Of a DNA stretch of 64,000 nt, positions 45,713 to 59,227 are shown one piece after another (the stretch's first letter is position 1; the number at the start of each line of letters is the position of its first letter). The translations under genes were made by a program, and so were the position numbers. The stretch comes from Paraspadella gotoi (lineage: Eukaryota > Animalia > Chaetognatha), in the NCBI GenBank assembly GCA_051294375.1, contig CM119265.1:17387172-17451171 (forward strand), in the 5' to 3' direction. The notes under the pieces are model-generated. The model was not told the DNA's origin. It saw nothing but the letters and a program-made list of their open reading frames with translations, and searched no databases.

Positions 45713-48700
45713 ATGGAAGTTTCTTATTGTAATGGCGTGATGAACCTAAGCAATGCCTGCTTACAATGTAACCAAGGAGTCAAGAAATATTTAATCGTAT
45801 TAATTTATAGTATACCATGAGCCTTTTCTCATTTACACGTTTTGTTTGTGTAGTTCCCGATTTCGTGAACAGAAACTTTGTACTTACTGCTTCTTGTTTA
45901 GTGTATTATTACAAACAAGAACTGGCAAGTTCAAGACTGACTTTCTTTTGTGGATGCATTTCCCAATGATCATGTGATTATACAAGTGTGAAACATAAGT
46001 AAAAGAAGCATCCTTTGGTTATATCTATGAACTTAATTTATGAAGTTTAACTCTAGTTAACATAAGTGGGTCAGACTGAGAGACACACATACTGACTAAC
46101 CGACCGATACCCTAGAAGCTCCGCGAGTACTCGCGGCGTAACTAATAATTTGTTTTGCTAGTATAAGAAAATTCAATTTTAGGTGATTTAAATTTAATTG
46201 TAAAAACCAAGTGAATTTAAAAAAAATATCAAGTTTCAAGGATATATCGCGGTCTGATTTCCGGAATGCAGCTGCAAAACCGTATCTGAATCTTGCCCGC
46301 TTTGTATTGACTTTTCTGCAAAGCTTTTAAAATAAAATATTTTTGGTCAGTTAATTTTTAACTTCTACACTGCAGCGCATAAAGTTCCGACTTTTCTAAT
46401 TTAAATCCACACTACCTTTTGTTAAACTAAAAAATATAAACAACACGGGGTATAAGGAATAAAAGACGGAATGTGATCCAAGGGAAAAATAAACATGAAA
46501 ATAGACACTGCGGCGCAACAAATTGGAATTACCGTTCTGTTCTCTTATTTTTTTTGTTTTAATTTTTTTCCCTTTAATTTTTTTTAATTTATTTTTTTTT
46601 ACGAAAAAATTTTACATGCGCCGCGATTACTTACAGAGCATCTCAATAAGTCACTTTTTGGTCGATATTTCTCTTCTACTTATATTTATATTTAGTTCAT
46701 ATTTTTATGAAAGTTAGGTACCATAAGTGACTGGACAAACTTTTGTAAGAGATGATTATTTAATATGATCTTAAATGAGATTGAATCTCTCAATCTCATT
46801 TACATATTGCAGTATTGAATCTAAACTTTTAACTTTTTATAAATAAACATTCATAATAAAAAAAATTTTGTTTTGGCTGAATAAATTTGTTTTACACTTT
46901 TAAACGATTTAAATGAAAATTGCACCATTCGTTTTATCTATTGATAAGCTTTGTTTAACGTCTCTTTATTTGTTTATATATTTATAATCAAACCTTCGTG
47001 GTTTTTTTCATCGTAAAAAAAGTTGGAACTTTTTGCGTCACATTTTTATTAGGCCTCTGCTTACAATCCTCGCATTCAGATAAAAAACTAGTTTTTCCAG
47101 TATTGTTCAGTTACTATTAACAAAATAAATTTAAAATTTGCCCCATAATATAAATTAGGCCAAAATATGGATTAGTTAAAACCATCTCCAGCTATTTCTA
47201 ATCATATAAGAGTACATTTTTGCAACTTTTAGGAAAAAAAATCATGTCCATTTTTGTCCATTTTCACTTTCGTCTTCAAATTTGAATGCCAAGGAAAGTT
47301 GAGAAAATTTTTTTATTTTGGAATTCCTTTCTTCCTTATCTTCTTCACCCCTGAGTAAAATATTTTCCTTATATCATTCATAGTTCACTTATGAATTAAT
47401 TTGAAAGTTGACAAGTCAAAAGTCGCAGTTTTAGTTTTTATTATAATTTATTAAACAAAAATAGTTTAAATTGGCTTAAACTAACAGAAATATAACCCAC
47501 AGAATAAGCTTTAAGGCCTGGGATCACTGGCCAAAAGTTATAATTAGGATTAAATAAAGCTTGTATTCGGAAAGTGGAGGTCCAGTTGATTCTGAAAATG
47601 TATTCACTTTATCTTCTCTTCGAATCCATTGCTGTTTTTTCGAATTTTATATACTATATAGAATAAAGAAACCTTTCGGAAGAGTTGCGGCCCAAACGGC
47701 TAAGGGGATTTTTATGAAATTTTACATAAATTTACTTGAGGACAAGGGTCCCAATTCTATGAGAGGGATTTTTCAAATTCGCTTATCTTCATAAGAAAAA
47801 AAAAGAATAAGAAAATTTTAGCATTAAATTCTAAATATCTTGAAAACTAGTAACATTTTCCAAAATCCCTCTCATAGAATTTCTCCACCTTTCCATACTT
47901 ATAAAAAATAATTTTAGTTTATTTTTATTTCAAACGGTTTTAGCTCCAACTCTTTTTGTTTATTTATTTTTTATTTTTTATTTTTTTTCTGTAGATTTTA
48001 CAGAACTGAAAGTCGAGCAAAGGAACTTTAAATCGATACGCTTTTCCAAAATCTATTTCATTTCTAGTTTAAATGATGGCTTTACCGATCTTTAAAGTTT
48101 TATCCAAATTTTGTACAATTTTTTTTTTATTAACAAATGGCTGTGGCTGGGGAAAGCAGTCAGTAAACAAGGAGGAATGCTGCAAAGTGTTTATTTATTT
48201 TTTTCTCAGTCTTCGGTCAAGCTTTAATGCCAGTTTTTGAACATGGGGAACAGAAACTAAATTTCATAAGCAGAGCATGAGGATGGTCCGTCTGTGGAAT
48301 CTGTAGCAGTCTATGGCACCATTGAGGGTTGTTTTCAAAGTGGACCCAACTTCATATGCCAGTGGACGAATGTCTTTGAATTTTACAATTTTACAATTTT
48401 TAATCATTCTTTTTTGTAATAAAATGATAATAGACATCCTGATATAAGCGTTCTGCTCTCTCTCTACATAAACGTTTATGTTTTCATCATTAATTGATTC
48501 TATAACATAATTGGAATGACTTGGTTTAGTTGTTAGTATTACACTGAGGTAGGTGCTGTTAATTGAAAAAAAAATAAAAAATTGCGTTTAAAAAGGACTT
48601 TACCGTGTTGGATGAAATTTTTAAGGTTTACTGATAAAAAAAATTGCCCGATTTTAGTTGCCTCTGAAGCTGAACCTTAATCAAATTTAGAGTTTTTTTT

Positions 48701-49164
48701 TTTGAAACGTGAAGGGAATACACTTTCTTTGACATAATAATAGATTGTACAAAGCTTTATGCAATTCTTGTTTGAATGATCCAGGCCTTAACACCTACAA
48801 AATTATCAAAAAAACTCATTTCGTTTAGCCATAGATATTTTTTAAAGACGACAATTAATTTGTGACTTTTTGTGACTTGCATTTATTTTTAATAAAGATA
48901 AGATTTTAAATTTATTTTATAGTTTTAACAGTTCAGGAACATACTGACGTTAATAAAACAAAAAAAACCGCATCCTTTTAAACCAATGGAAAGCGTCAGG
49001 ACTTGTTTTTTCTCAGAATCGACAGATTTTGCGGAAATATTTTCCGCAAAATCTGTCGATTTACTAAATTTGCCAGGCAACCAAAATTGAAAGAAAAATC
49101 ATGAGATACCGTAAATTTCTTTTCTTATAATGGATTATAAAAAATTTCTTTGATTTGGCTCAAT

Positions 49165-49540
49165 GTAAAGGCAGAAAAGTAGTGGGAGGGAACATGAAAG
49201 GGAGAACAAGAAAAGGAGAAGGGGAGAATGAGAGAGAAAGGGGGAAAAGCATAAAAAAGAAGGCAAAGGAGAAAAAAATAAGGAGATAAAGGAAAGGCGG
49301 AAAAAGAAGGGAAAAATGGAAAGAAAAAGAGGGGAAAAGAGGGGAAAAGAAAGAGAAGGAGAGAAGGCAATAAAAAAGGATAAGGAAAGTGAAATAGTGG
49401 CAGAGAAAGGTAGGGTCATAGAAAAGGTAAGTTACGGCGTGAAAAGTAGGGGAGGAAAGAGGAAGATAAAATAGAAACACAGAGAAGAAAAGAGATGAAG
49501 AAAGAGAATCAGGGAAACGGTATGAAATGAAAAAAAAATG
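49165..49540. repeat. Purine-rich (GA) low-complexity tract
   Basis: Almost only A/G; produces spurious F/S/L-rich minus-strand ORFs. Confidence 0.85.
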
Positions 49541-49854
49541 TATCAGATAATGTGGCATCTTGTCTGAAAAGTTTTGTGTAAATAAAAGCCACAAAAATTA
49601 AAAGGAGGAATTTGATCTTTAAAAGTTGTTGGTACCATAAAAATTCATCATACTTTCATCTCAAATTAGGTTGTTAATGAGATTAGATTGATAATCTCCG
49701 AAGAAATCATGTCTTACCGTATTTTTAACTCATAGAAATTTAACTGAACAGTACTAGGTAATAAGAATGAGATAACCATAGCAAACCGTTTTTTTTAAAT
49801 AAAGAAAACTTCATACTAATCACTGAGATCAAAAGAGATGGTAATTATTTAAGT

Positions 49855-52800
49855 TCAGAAATCGTTATCTAAAGGAGTCGATCGTACGTGGAGCCTTAGA
49901 CCTTCAGTATACCTGTAATGTATTTCCTCCCGACCATATCCGTAAATTTCATTTTTCACTTTTTCCTCTTCCTCTATTCTTTTGATTTTCGCGACCTCGT
50001 AATTATCGTCTTTTTTCGGTTCGTTTTCTACGTCAACACTCTTCTCCATACGTTTTTGCCCTTGGTTTTCCGAGTTAATTTCGTTTTCTCTGCCGTTTTT
50101 CTTTAATCCACTCTCTCCATGACTAAATTCCATGGAGTTATTTAAAACACCAAATCTGTAGCGATTTTCAGTCGGCATCGGGGTCAAAAATTGTGATGGA
50201 TAATTTTCATTGAATCGGTAGAACTCATGGGTTTCAGTGCTATTTGATCCTTCGAGATCGTCCCCTCTTTGAGGAATATAGATTGTGAACTATTCCAGTT
50301 TATACCCTTCGTCTTGCTTTGCTGTGCAATTCTCACTCTTTTTCCCTCATTGCGTAACTTTGACCTCGACGTATGGACCCTGAGTGCGAAAACAAAATAC
50401 GTTTCAAAAAAAAATGATGTCTTACAATTATTTCTTTCTTCCCTTTTCACCTGTCAACAGTATTCATATCATTGTCGTGATAGACTTGGCTCCAATTTTC
50501 GGGATCCTCATTTACATCGGTCTCTTTGCGATGTGTTTCTTGGGAATTTGGGAAATATTCTAGTTCCGGAGCTTTTCTTTGCTCTTCATCATTTTTGAGG
50601 ACCGTCGTTTTTTCTCCGTTGTCGATTTCCAATCTCTTGTCCAAGTCGTCTTCAAAATCATCTTCCTTGAGGCGTTGTCTTAAAATTATTTAAAAAAATA
50701 AAACTTTGTTTCGAGTTTAAGTTTATAATTCACATTACACACGCGCACAGCTCATTAAGGAATTGCTCACATTTGTAGTCATTAGAGAGTTTTCTTCTTG
50801 ACTTCTTCGCGATTTCTTTCATTCTTTTCCAACGTTTAGAAAATTTTTTTGCTAATTTTGTAGGTTTTCCAGATGGGGCATTGGGAACTCGGAGCTCTAA
50901 TCCACCGGCGTTATTTTCCCAATATCCAGCTGAATTATGTTTTTTTTTCTTTTCGTGACTTTATGGCGCTTGTCAACCGATCTTTGCTTTCACTTAATGT
51001 CGATTTGAATTTGTTGGTCGCATTGGACGTTTTTGGTATGATTGAAGTTGGATTTCTTTGTTCTTCTGGTGAGCTGTTACGTTCCTAAATAGCAGACTTT
51101 ATTTAAATCATAAGGATATATATAGTTTTTCTAAAACAAAAATATTGCAGCAAGTAGGAGAGAATCTCGCTTTAAATAAAATTTAACATTTTTATAATGT
51201 AGAGTTCCGTTCAAATCTGACTACCCAAATTGCAAACGCGATTCCAGAAATTCGGGTAAACTAGACGAGAATCTCGCTTAAAAAAAATTCAACATTTTTC
51301 TAATAGAGATTTCCGTTAAAATCTGACTACCCAAATTGCAAACGAGATTGCCAGAAATTCGGGTAAAAAACAGTTGTAAAAACACACGATTCCGATAGCG
51401 TTATATCTTAAGAGCTAGCCAAATTCGTCTTATGGCATTTGATAAAGGATTTAATATCAAACAAGCCAGGGGAAATGCACTAGTCATCTCCGGAGAATTT
51501 TCAAACCTTGTTTTTACTATAGAAATGAAAGGGAAATTTTGCTTTTCAAAAATTGTAAACGGGGCTAGGGTATGTTAACATTATAAATATTACTTCGAAT
51601 TTTGAATTTAAAAAGCCTCTTGTCTCAAGAGCTTGCCAAATTTTTCTTTTCATTATTGACCAAACTCTTCATAGTAAACCAACATTGTAAAGTCCATTGG
51701 TCTGGTTTGACAACATGAAATTTTTATTTAATAAGAAATTAAAAGGAAGGTTGAGAGAAAAAACTGATTTTTCCTGATATCTCTTGAAGGAACAAAGATA
51801 CAGGGATGGCAATAGTACCAAAATGAAGCCATAATCATTAGGCACATACAAGTTACAATATTAGAATTATTTTTGCTGAAACCTCTTTACAGGGTGAGTG
51901 TCAAACTAAGTCAAAATTATAATGAATTTTAAAACTAATGAAACCCCATAAAAATAAATGAAAATTAAATTCTTTTTAGTGATTCTGAAAGAAAAAAGGC
52001 TAAATTGTACTATAGTAAAACTTTAAAGTTTTTTGGATAAAGAAAATATAATTTTTTTTTCACTTAAATATTTGCTTCACTGATATTACAAGCATGCTTA
52101 CAAAATTCTACAAAATATTATTCACCCATCACAGCCTAACTATTTATCTTTCTTTCCACCAGCAAAAAGTAAACATTATTTTATGTTAGAGAACAGGGAT
52201 GTTTACTGAAATGAGCTGGAAGACGTTCAACTACTTCACTTTAATGTCATTTTTCAATAATAAAATAGGCGAATCTTTTAATTATTTAACTCTCACCGGC
52301 TTCACAAGACATTTTACTTTCATAATATCCCAATGTTAATGTTATTCATTATATTTTTTACGCAGAAATCATAAAATAACAGAAAGTTATGGATTCCCTT
52401 CGCTCGTTTAAGAAAAAAAAATTAACTAGCGAATTATAAGTTTGTAAGAGGAAGTCAGAATCGGCGAAAATCTTAAAAGGCGAGAATGTTGAAAAAAAGG
52501 GGTGGAATTTTGATGGGTTTCCTAAGATTTCTCCACAATGTGAGGTCCGATTAAAGCGAAACTTGAGATTTACAATATTCCCGTCATTCCACATCTATCG
52601 ATATAAAAATATAAGAAAAAGTCACTGGCTTCTTTTTCTATAGCGGCTTCCTAGGTAAACGGTAGTAAAAATGCACGATTCCGATAGCGTTATCTGATTC
52701 TGAAGAGCTTGTCCTATTCGTTTTATCGCGTTTGATAAAGGATTTGATGTCAAACAAGCCTGGGGAAATTCACTATTCATCTCGGGAAAATTTTCAAACC

Positions 52801-55800
52801 TCGTTTTTACTATAGAAATGAATAGGAAATTTTACAAACTTAAATTTGCAAACAGGATTGCTATATGTTACATGACTTCGAATTTCGCGATTCCGATAGC
52901 TTTGTGTCAAAACAACTTGTCCTATTTTCCTTTTTTTAATTTTGTAATGGTTTTGACATAAAATGATCAGGTTTAAATGAAATAGTCTAGCTTGCATCGC
53001 AAAATTTTTATTTTAAAAGAAAATGAAAGCAAGAACTTTAACTTTATAATTTGTAAGCGTCAGAAGCGGTGAAAATAATAAAAGGCAAACACGTTGAAAA
53101 GAAAGGGGAAATTTTTCTTTTTTAAAATTTTCTCAGCGATAAAAGGTCAAATTAAGACGATACTTAGGATTTACAATGTTGACGTCATTCCACATCTTCC
53201 GATATGAAAATATACGAAAACTTCCATTGGCTTCTTCTTTTATAGTCATCTTCTACAGTAGGAAAGATTTATCATAGCGAAGAAATTAAGAAATATTACC
53301 TCGAAATCCGATTCGTTTAGCGGCGTTTGATTTTTCGCATTCCACGATCCACGAAATAATTTGGGTAATCCATTCATAAAGCGGTACAGGAATGTACAGT
53401 TTTCTGAACCTTGCAACAAGTCGTTTGGACTAAGAAAAATTAAATTTGTAAATAAATTTATGATTAAAAGTCGCATAGATTTTTCGTTTTATTACCACAA
53501 ACCCCCAGTAGTAAAGATGCACAATAAGCAAAAAAAAATCATACCCAAAATTGACATGATAATAATAATAGTAAGGGTCTGCACCCGTTTTGTATTCACA
53601 TTTTTGTAGCCAAATGTTAAAGCAGCCGTTTTATTTTTATATACATACACCCTGAAGAAAAACTGGTACAGTGACTGTTTACATCTTTTTAACTTACTCA
53701 TGCAGTTACTGGATAATGGTTTCGGCGACGGTTTCGTTTACCAAGCATAATTTTTTTAAGGAAGCTGAACAATTTTTTGGAGTAGTCGTCTTCGTATTTG
53801 TTATGCGATTTTTTTTTCCTCTTCTTTTGTCGATGCTCATAGTTTTCGTTATCCTTAATTTCGCTTTTACCAAATTTTTTAACCTTATTTGAAATATTAT
53901 TTTTACTTAAGTTATTCAACATCGATTAGGCGTCTCTTTATTACTTGATCCATCTGCAGTGGCACAAATAATCTTTTGAATAAATTTGAACAAGAGTTGA
54001 AGAGTTTTTCAGAAGTTTTAATGACTCAGTCCAAATTTCTGGTTGAAAATTTTTTTCAAGAACGTCCAAAGATTTCAGATTTGGTAAATTTGAAAAAGTT
54101 TTCGAATCAATCGTCAAAATCATATTCCTTTCAGTAAGAAGTCGAGAAGTTATACCTTAATTTTTGGAAATAATTTTATAACCGACTTACCAGTTTAAAT
54201 TTAAGATTTCTAAACTTTTTAATCCAGAGAAGGAAGTATAATCTAGTTTCCGAATGTAGTTTGACTCAAAATTTAGTGATTTTAAGTTCGGAGCTCCATT
54301 AATGACAGTGCTGATTTCAACTAAATAAAAACTTTTACGTTGATGAGTATTGTAGCATCAATTTTCTTATTATTTTTTAACAATGAGAATTAGTTTTTAA
54401 AAGAAAAAGAAAAGATTTGACTGTACAGAGAGGTACAGCCGTTTTGGGACTAAATTAAAAAAATAGTTGGGATGGGTAAATAAATTATGACATGAAAATT
54501 GTTACATATATAAAGAATTGTAATGACAACAGATTTTTATTTAAAAAATTCAATTTCGGCAGCCATGACCTTTTTTAAGTGTTCAGAGAAGGGGGCATAT
54601 GCTTTTGTGACCGCGCCCATTAGGAATGCCACTATTCTTACCACTATTTCAGATTTCAGAAAATCGAGGTGCATTCTGCTTTTCTATCCTACATTTTGAT
54701 TAAATGGAGTTGCATTCAAAAAACCTATGCGGTCAAAAATCAGGAATCAAAATCGTTCATCTTAATTTTTTTCCAAAATTACTTAAAATTTTGTAAGGAA
54801 TCGGCGCGAAAAAATATGACATGTTATGTAAAAAGCATCAATTGCAGGAGTTGCCGCTAAATATTTCTGACAATTTTGATATCAATCAAAAGAGAAATTA
54901 GCTTAGTTTTCGTGCTGTAAACACTTGAAGTTAGTCCCAAAAGAGTTGGACCTCCCTGTATAGTGTATATTACATATATATATTTTTGTATATTTGCATC
55001 TAATAACGACAGCTGATGAAATCGCCTATTTTGTTGTTTTATGTTGTTTAGAATTATGATTGAGCCTACAGAACGATGCTCCTATTTCCTACCTATTTTG
55101 TTATTGCTCAAATCCAGTTCTTTTAACTTAATCAATGGGCATCTCGGGGTAATAAACTCATATTCCAGTCTGTTTATTTGATTTCTTGCCATTGATAGTA
55201 TTTTCAAATTCGGTGTGAAGCAGAATGCATCAGCATCGACTGTCTGTCATTGTGGAGAAGGCTTAGATTAATTGTAACGTTTCACCTGCGAATTCTTACT
55301 TGTATTCTGTTTCTCTGAAGGTTGAGTTCTTCGAGGTTATCGAGCCCAAAGAAGAAATCAGCAATGATGTCTGTAAGATGATTGTCTCGCAGGAGAAGAC
55401 TGCGTAAAGTGGACATCTTGCGGAAATCTCGTCGGCAAAACGTATGTAATCTATTTCCTGAAAGGTCCACATTCAGTGCGTATGACAGGGAACCTGCGCG
55501 AAAATCCTAACAAAGGTTCGGTAGCATTGTTTAACTATATTTAGCCCGATAGCGTTTATTTTTACTTACTACTGGTAAAAAGTGTAGAGATGGCTTATTT
55601 GCTGCCTCTCCGCATGAGATGTTGTTGCCTTTGCACACACACGATAATGGACACGCTTTCATTGGTATTGCTCTTGGTTCCGAATGTTGTATTTTTATTG
55701 TGCTTTGTGGAATATTACGATAATAAAAATATATTAATTATCAAGTCTATTTTTAGGTTAATTTCGTCACTTTTCCGTTGCATGCTTTTTTGTTTGATTA

Positions 55801-58199
55801 TGATTATTAAAGTTAAATTAAGCGTTTTAAGTTAAAACGAGCATTTTTAGAGAAAAACAAAGTTTATTTGTTTATTTACAACGATTTTTTATTTCACATA
55901 GGGACATGTTTCGGCTTTATGTATAAGCCTTCATCAGCTAATACATAAAGCCGAAACATGTTTCCTATGTGAAATAAAAAATCGTTGTAAATAAACAAAT
56001 AAACTTTGTTTTTCTCTAAATCTACATAAACAACGAAACGAAAGGAAATTAACACAACGAGCATTTTATAGTTGATCACTTATCAAAAAGTTTACTAAAA
56101 CAACAGTATTAGGCGAAATATGCGAAATGACTTTCAGATAACCTAACTGTATCATATCGCGGTTGCCTGATTACACTTATACAAGTATAAAATATCTTTA
56201 TAACTATATTTTATGAATTAATCCGTTTTAATTTTTTAATAATGTGACGTATTACCTATGAAACCTAAGCACAATAAGCATTTTTGGTATATAATTAACT
56301 AAAAGTGAGTTACACTGCGAATACTCGCGCCGAAACTGAATATCTGGACATTGAACAAGTATAGACAGTTAAATAGACAGCCATTTCTATTACCCACCAT
56401 TTTTCTGCAGTTTTGGTTATTTCTTAAAAAATAATATTTACAAAAATAAAATTCCAAAAACTCGTTTATAAGGTGAAATTTAAACAGCTCTATTACTAGA
56501 AATCTACTATTAAATTCAATAGGGGCGGGGGTTCAAAACTTTATTCTTGAAGTCTACTTTTAGGTAAAAAAAGAATTTTTTAAAAAAGTTCGATTTTAAT
56601 GCTTTTATTGTTGCTATTAAAATTACAATATTACTATATAATGATAAAACAATTTTTTAATCAATCTTAAATTTTTTTGATGGATTCTGATAGAGCATAA
56701 AAAGTTAAATAAAAAATTTAACTACAACTTTCCAAAATATTTATGTTTTCTTGGTCAAAATTAAGAAAAAGTAATAAAATTATCGAAAAATGATGATGAT
56801 GATGATTATAAATAATTTTTCATATTTTTCACATACTTATGATTAAAATATCGAAAAAAGAATTATACTTTGTGTAGACAACTTTTTGCAAGCTACCTGA
56901 ATCTGATCTTAAAAATCAAAAAATCAAAAAAAAATTTTTAGCCTTTCCTATTTATAAATAAATATTTAAAAATTAATATATTGAGTATGGAGTAATATAA
57001 AAAAAAATTGTCTATTCAAATTTTTTTAAAAATGTCTAAATTTTCGTTTGAGCAGGTGCTTAATGCAATTTCTTAACCACCTTACTGAGTTAGTCTCCCC
57101 CTAGTATTACATAAGGTTCAATCACAACACAGAAGTTGATAATGGATTAATTGAACGACAGTATACAATCCAAAATGTATTCTGTATTGAATATTATTAA
57201 TAAATAAATTTATGGCTAAATTTTACTTTCGTCGACCGCGATTTTGGCGGCTTTTGAAAAACCATTTAAAAATACATATTTTTTAAAAAAGAGTTAATAA
57301 TAAATATTACTTAACCCTAACCACCCCTAACCCTAAACCACCCTTAACCCTAACCCCCTCCCTAACCCCGGTCGGCGAAAATAAAAGTAACACAAATTTA
57401 CCTTATGATAATTGTTTTAAAAATATTTTATAAAAAAAATGTGAAAAAAATATTCGGGGGTTAATTTCTTATTCATCCACATTTTAAAGTTATTAGTATT
57501 TTAATAAACGTAAATTAGTATATAATATTTGGCTACTCAAAATGGATTTTTTTCATGACCTTACTGCTAATCCTGTTCCCATTGATTTGGTCTATCCCTG
57601 ATTTTACCCTTTTTGCTGTTCTTGGTTGTCGTGGCTATATTCATTCACGAAATCTTCATGAATCAAGTGACCCCTGGATAGCTTAACACTTTCTCCCCCA
57701 ATAGTATCGTTGCGAGAAAATACTTGAGGGATCCTATTTTCAATAAAGCGTAGATTCTGGACGGACAGTCGCCGATGACCTTCTTCACTTTGTAGTGCTA
57801 CCGGAAGACCAACTTTTTCCAAATTTACTGTCTTCTCTTTGTAAGAAGAAGTTTGTTTGTTTTCCCCGATCTCGTGATGAGACTGATTGAGCTCGACAAT
57901 ATTGCGATCATTTTGAAAAAAAATATTTTTATCTTTAATAGTTTCGATCGCATCTTGATCTATAATTTTAATTCCCTTGTGAGGCAGTCGGGCTTCGGCT
58001 AAAGTCTTGGTGAATCCTGCGATAGTTCCATTTCAGTTTTAACGTTATATAGCTATTATTAATTTTTAAACTGTTAAATATTTTTTCAGGACTTACGAAA
58101 CTTACCAATATTTTTAATACGAAGAGTCTCCTCAAGAGAATGCTTCGTTTCCAGCCAAATAATAATGATACAAAATATCACCTTATGATTTTGAACCAT
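49855..58199 (-). CDS. Leucine-rich-repeat single-pass membrane protein (multi-exon; 3' exons uncertain)
   Basis: Exon 1 from ATG 58199 encodes a signal-like MVQNHKVIFCIIIIWL. In-phase splicing leads to LRRNT (CPLSCVCKGNNISC), LRRs (DLSGNRL, LLLRDNHL, LNLQRNRI, LSMARNQI, LDLSNNKI), LRRCT (YLCHCRW), a TM segment (TLTIIIIMSILGMIFFCLLCIF) and a K/E-rich tail. Confidence 0.8.
51160..53245 (-). mobile_element. Helitron-like element copy 2 (51261-52654) with flanking partial/diverged copies, in an LRR gene intron
   Basis: Near-identical to 16010-17404. A truncated copy lies at 51160-51260 and a diverged copy at 52655-53245. Confidence 0.75.
54424..54960. mobile_element. Tc1/mariner-type MITE
   Basis: TA-CAGAGAGGTACAGCCGTTTTGGGACTAA ... 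TTAGTCCCAAAAGAGTTGGACCTCCCTG-TA: imperfect TIRs with TA flanks. Confidence 0.75.
55836..56067 (-). mobile_element. Fold-back element with minimal hammerhead ribozyme (core 55899-55940)
   Basis: 12-nt direct repeat AACGAGCATTTT at both ends and ~78-nt near-perfect inverted arms. Minus strand reads tag CTGATGA a GGCTT atacata AAGCC GAAA catg TC ccta. Confidence 0.8.
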
Positions 58200-58291
58200 G
58201 GTAACTAGAACTTCTAGCTTCAAAATTTTTACTGAGGACGATCCAGTGTCAAGGTCTACAAATAAGCGGTCCAGTGAAGAGTGGTTTTTAA

Positions 58292-59227
58292 ATGGAGACT
58301 CGAAAGTACCTCAACGAACTTTTCGACGGGGAACTTGTCGAACCGACCGTTGATATTGACGAGATTGAAAGCCGTCTCGAAACTTTTATTCGCGAAAAAC
58401 GTCGTGACAAGATTGTTCTGGTTACTTCGGGCGGAACCACAGTGCCTTTGGAAAAAAACACAGTCCGTTTCATTGACAACTTCAGCAGCGGCACGCGAGG
58501 GTCGGCCTCGACCGAGTACTTTCTTAACGCGGGATATGCGGTCGTTTTTCTGTACCGACGCTCGTCTCTTCGGCCTTTTGTTCGGCGACTTCCGGACGTT
58601 TTTGATACGTTTTTACCGACTGAGCAAGGCGATCATGCTCCTAGAGTTAGGGAAAATGTGAAAGACATCGTTCTCGGCTGTCTTTTGGACTACGACAGAA
58701 CAAAAAAGAACTTGTTGGAAGTCTCCTTTGTCTCGCTCGCTGACTACCTACATTTACTTGCCATTTGCGCCGCGAAGTTAGCTGAGTGGGAATCTCGGGC
58801 TATGCTTTACCTCTGCGCCGCCGTGTCGGATTTTTACTTACCAGCCTCAAAGATGTGTGATCACAAAGTGCAGTCTTCATCTGGACCTCTCGAGTTGCGA
58901 ATGTCTGTGACGCCGAAAATTTTGAAGGTCCTGTGCGACGAGTGGGCGCCCAGTGCTTTTGTTGTCACCTTTAAGTTGGAGACCGATCCCAATATTTTAA
59001 TGCAAAAAGCTGAAAGGGCGCTGGACGCCTACGGACATCAAGTGGTGGTGGCAAACTTGTTGGCGTCAAGAAGAAGCAATGTGAAGGTTGTTACTCGGAA
59101 CGGAGACAATATTAAAATCGCGCAGGACATTTGCTTATCAAGCGAACAAATCGCCAGGAACGAGGAGCTCGAGAAACTCATAGTAGAGTACTTAACTTTA
59201 TTACACGATGTGTTTATGAAGAGTTGA
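58292..59227 (+). CDS. PPCS: Phosphopantothenate-cysteine ligase, intronless CDS
   Basis: [58 protein letters not shown] and [11 protein letters not shown]. Confidence 0.97.
   Translation: METRKYLNELFDGELVEPTVDIDEIESRLETFIREKRRDKIVLVTSGGTTVPLEKNTVRFIDNFSSGTRGSASTEYFLNAGYAVVFLYRRSSLRPFVRRLPDVFDTFLPTEQGDHAPRVRENVKDIVLGCLLDYDRTKKNLLEVSFVSLADYLHLLAICAAKLAEWESRAMLYLCAAVSDFYLPASKMCDHKVQSSSGPLELRMSVTPKILKVLCDEWAPSAFVVTFKLETDPNILMQKAERALDAYGHQVVVANLLASRRSNVKVVTRNGDNIKIAQDICLSSEQIARNEELEKLIVEYLTLLHDVFMKS

Noticed and set aside
49125-49594. Three overlapping F/L/S-rich minus-strand ORFs
   Set aside because: Artefacts of a GA-rich low-complexity tract.
57557-57688. + strand short ORF with a signal-peptide-like start (MTLLLILFPLIW...)
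   Set aside because: It overlaps exon 2 of the minus-strand LRR gene, whose splice phases fit on both sides.
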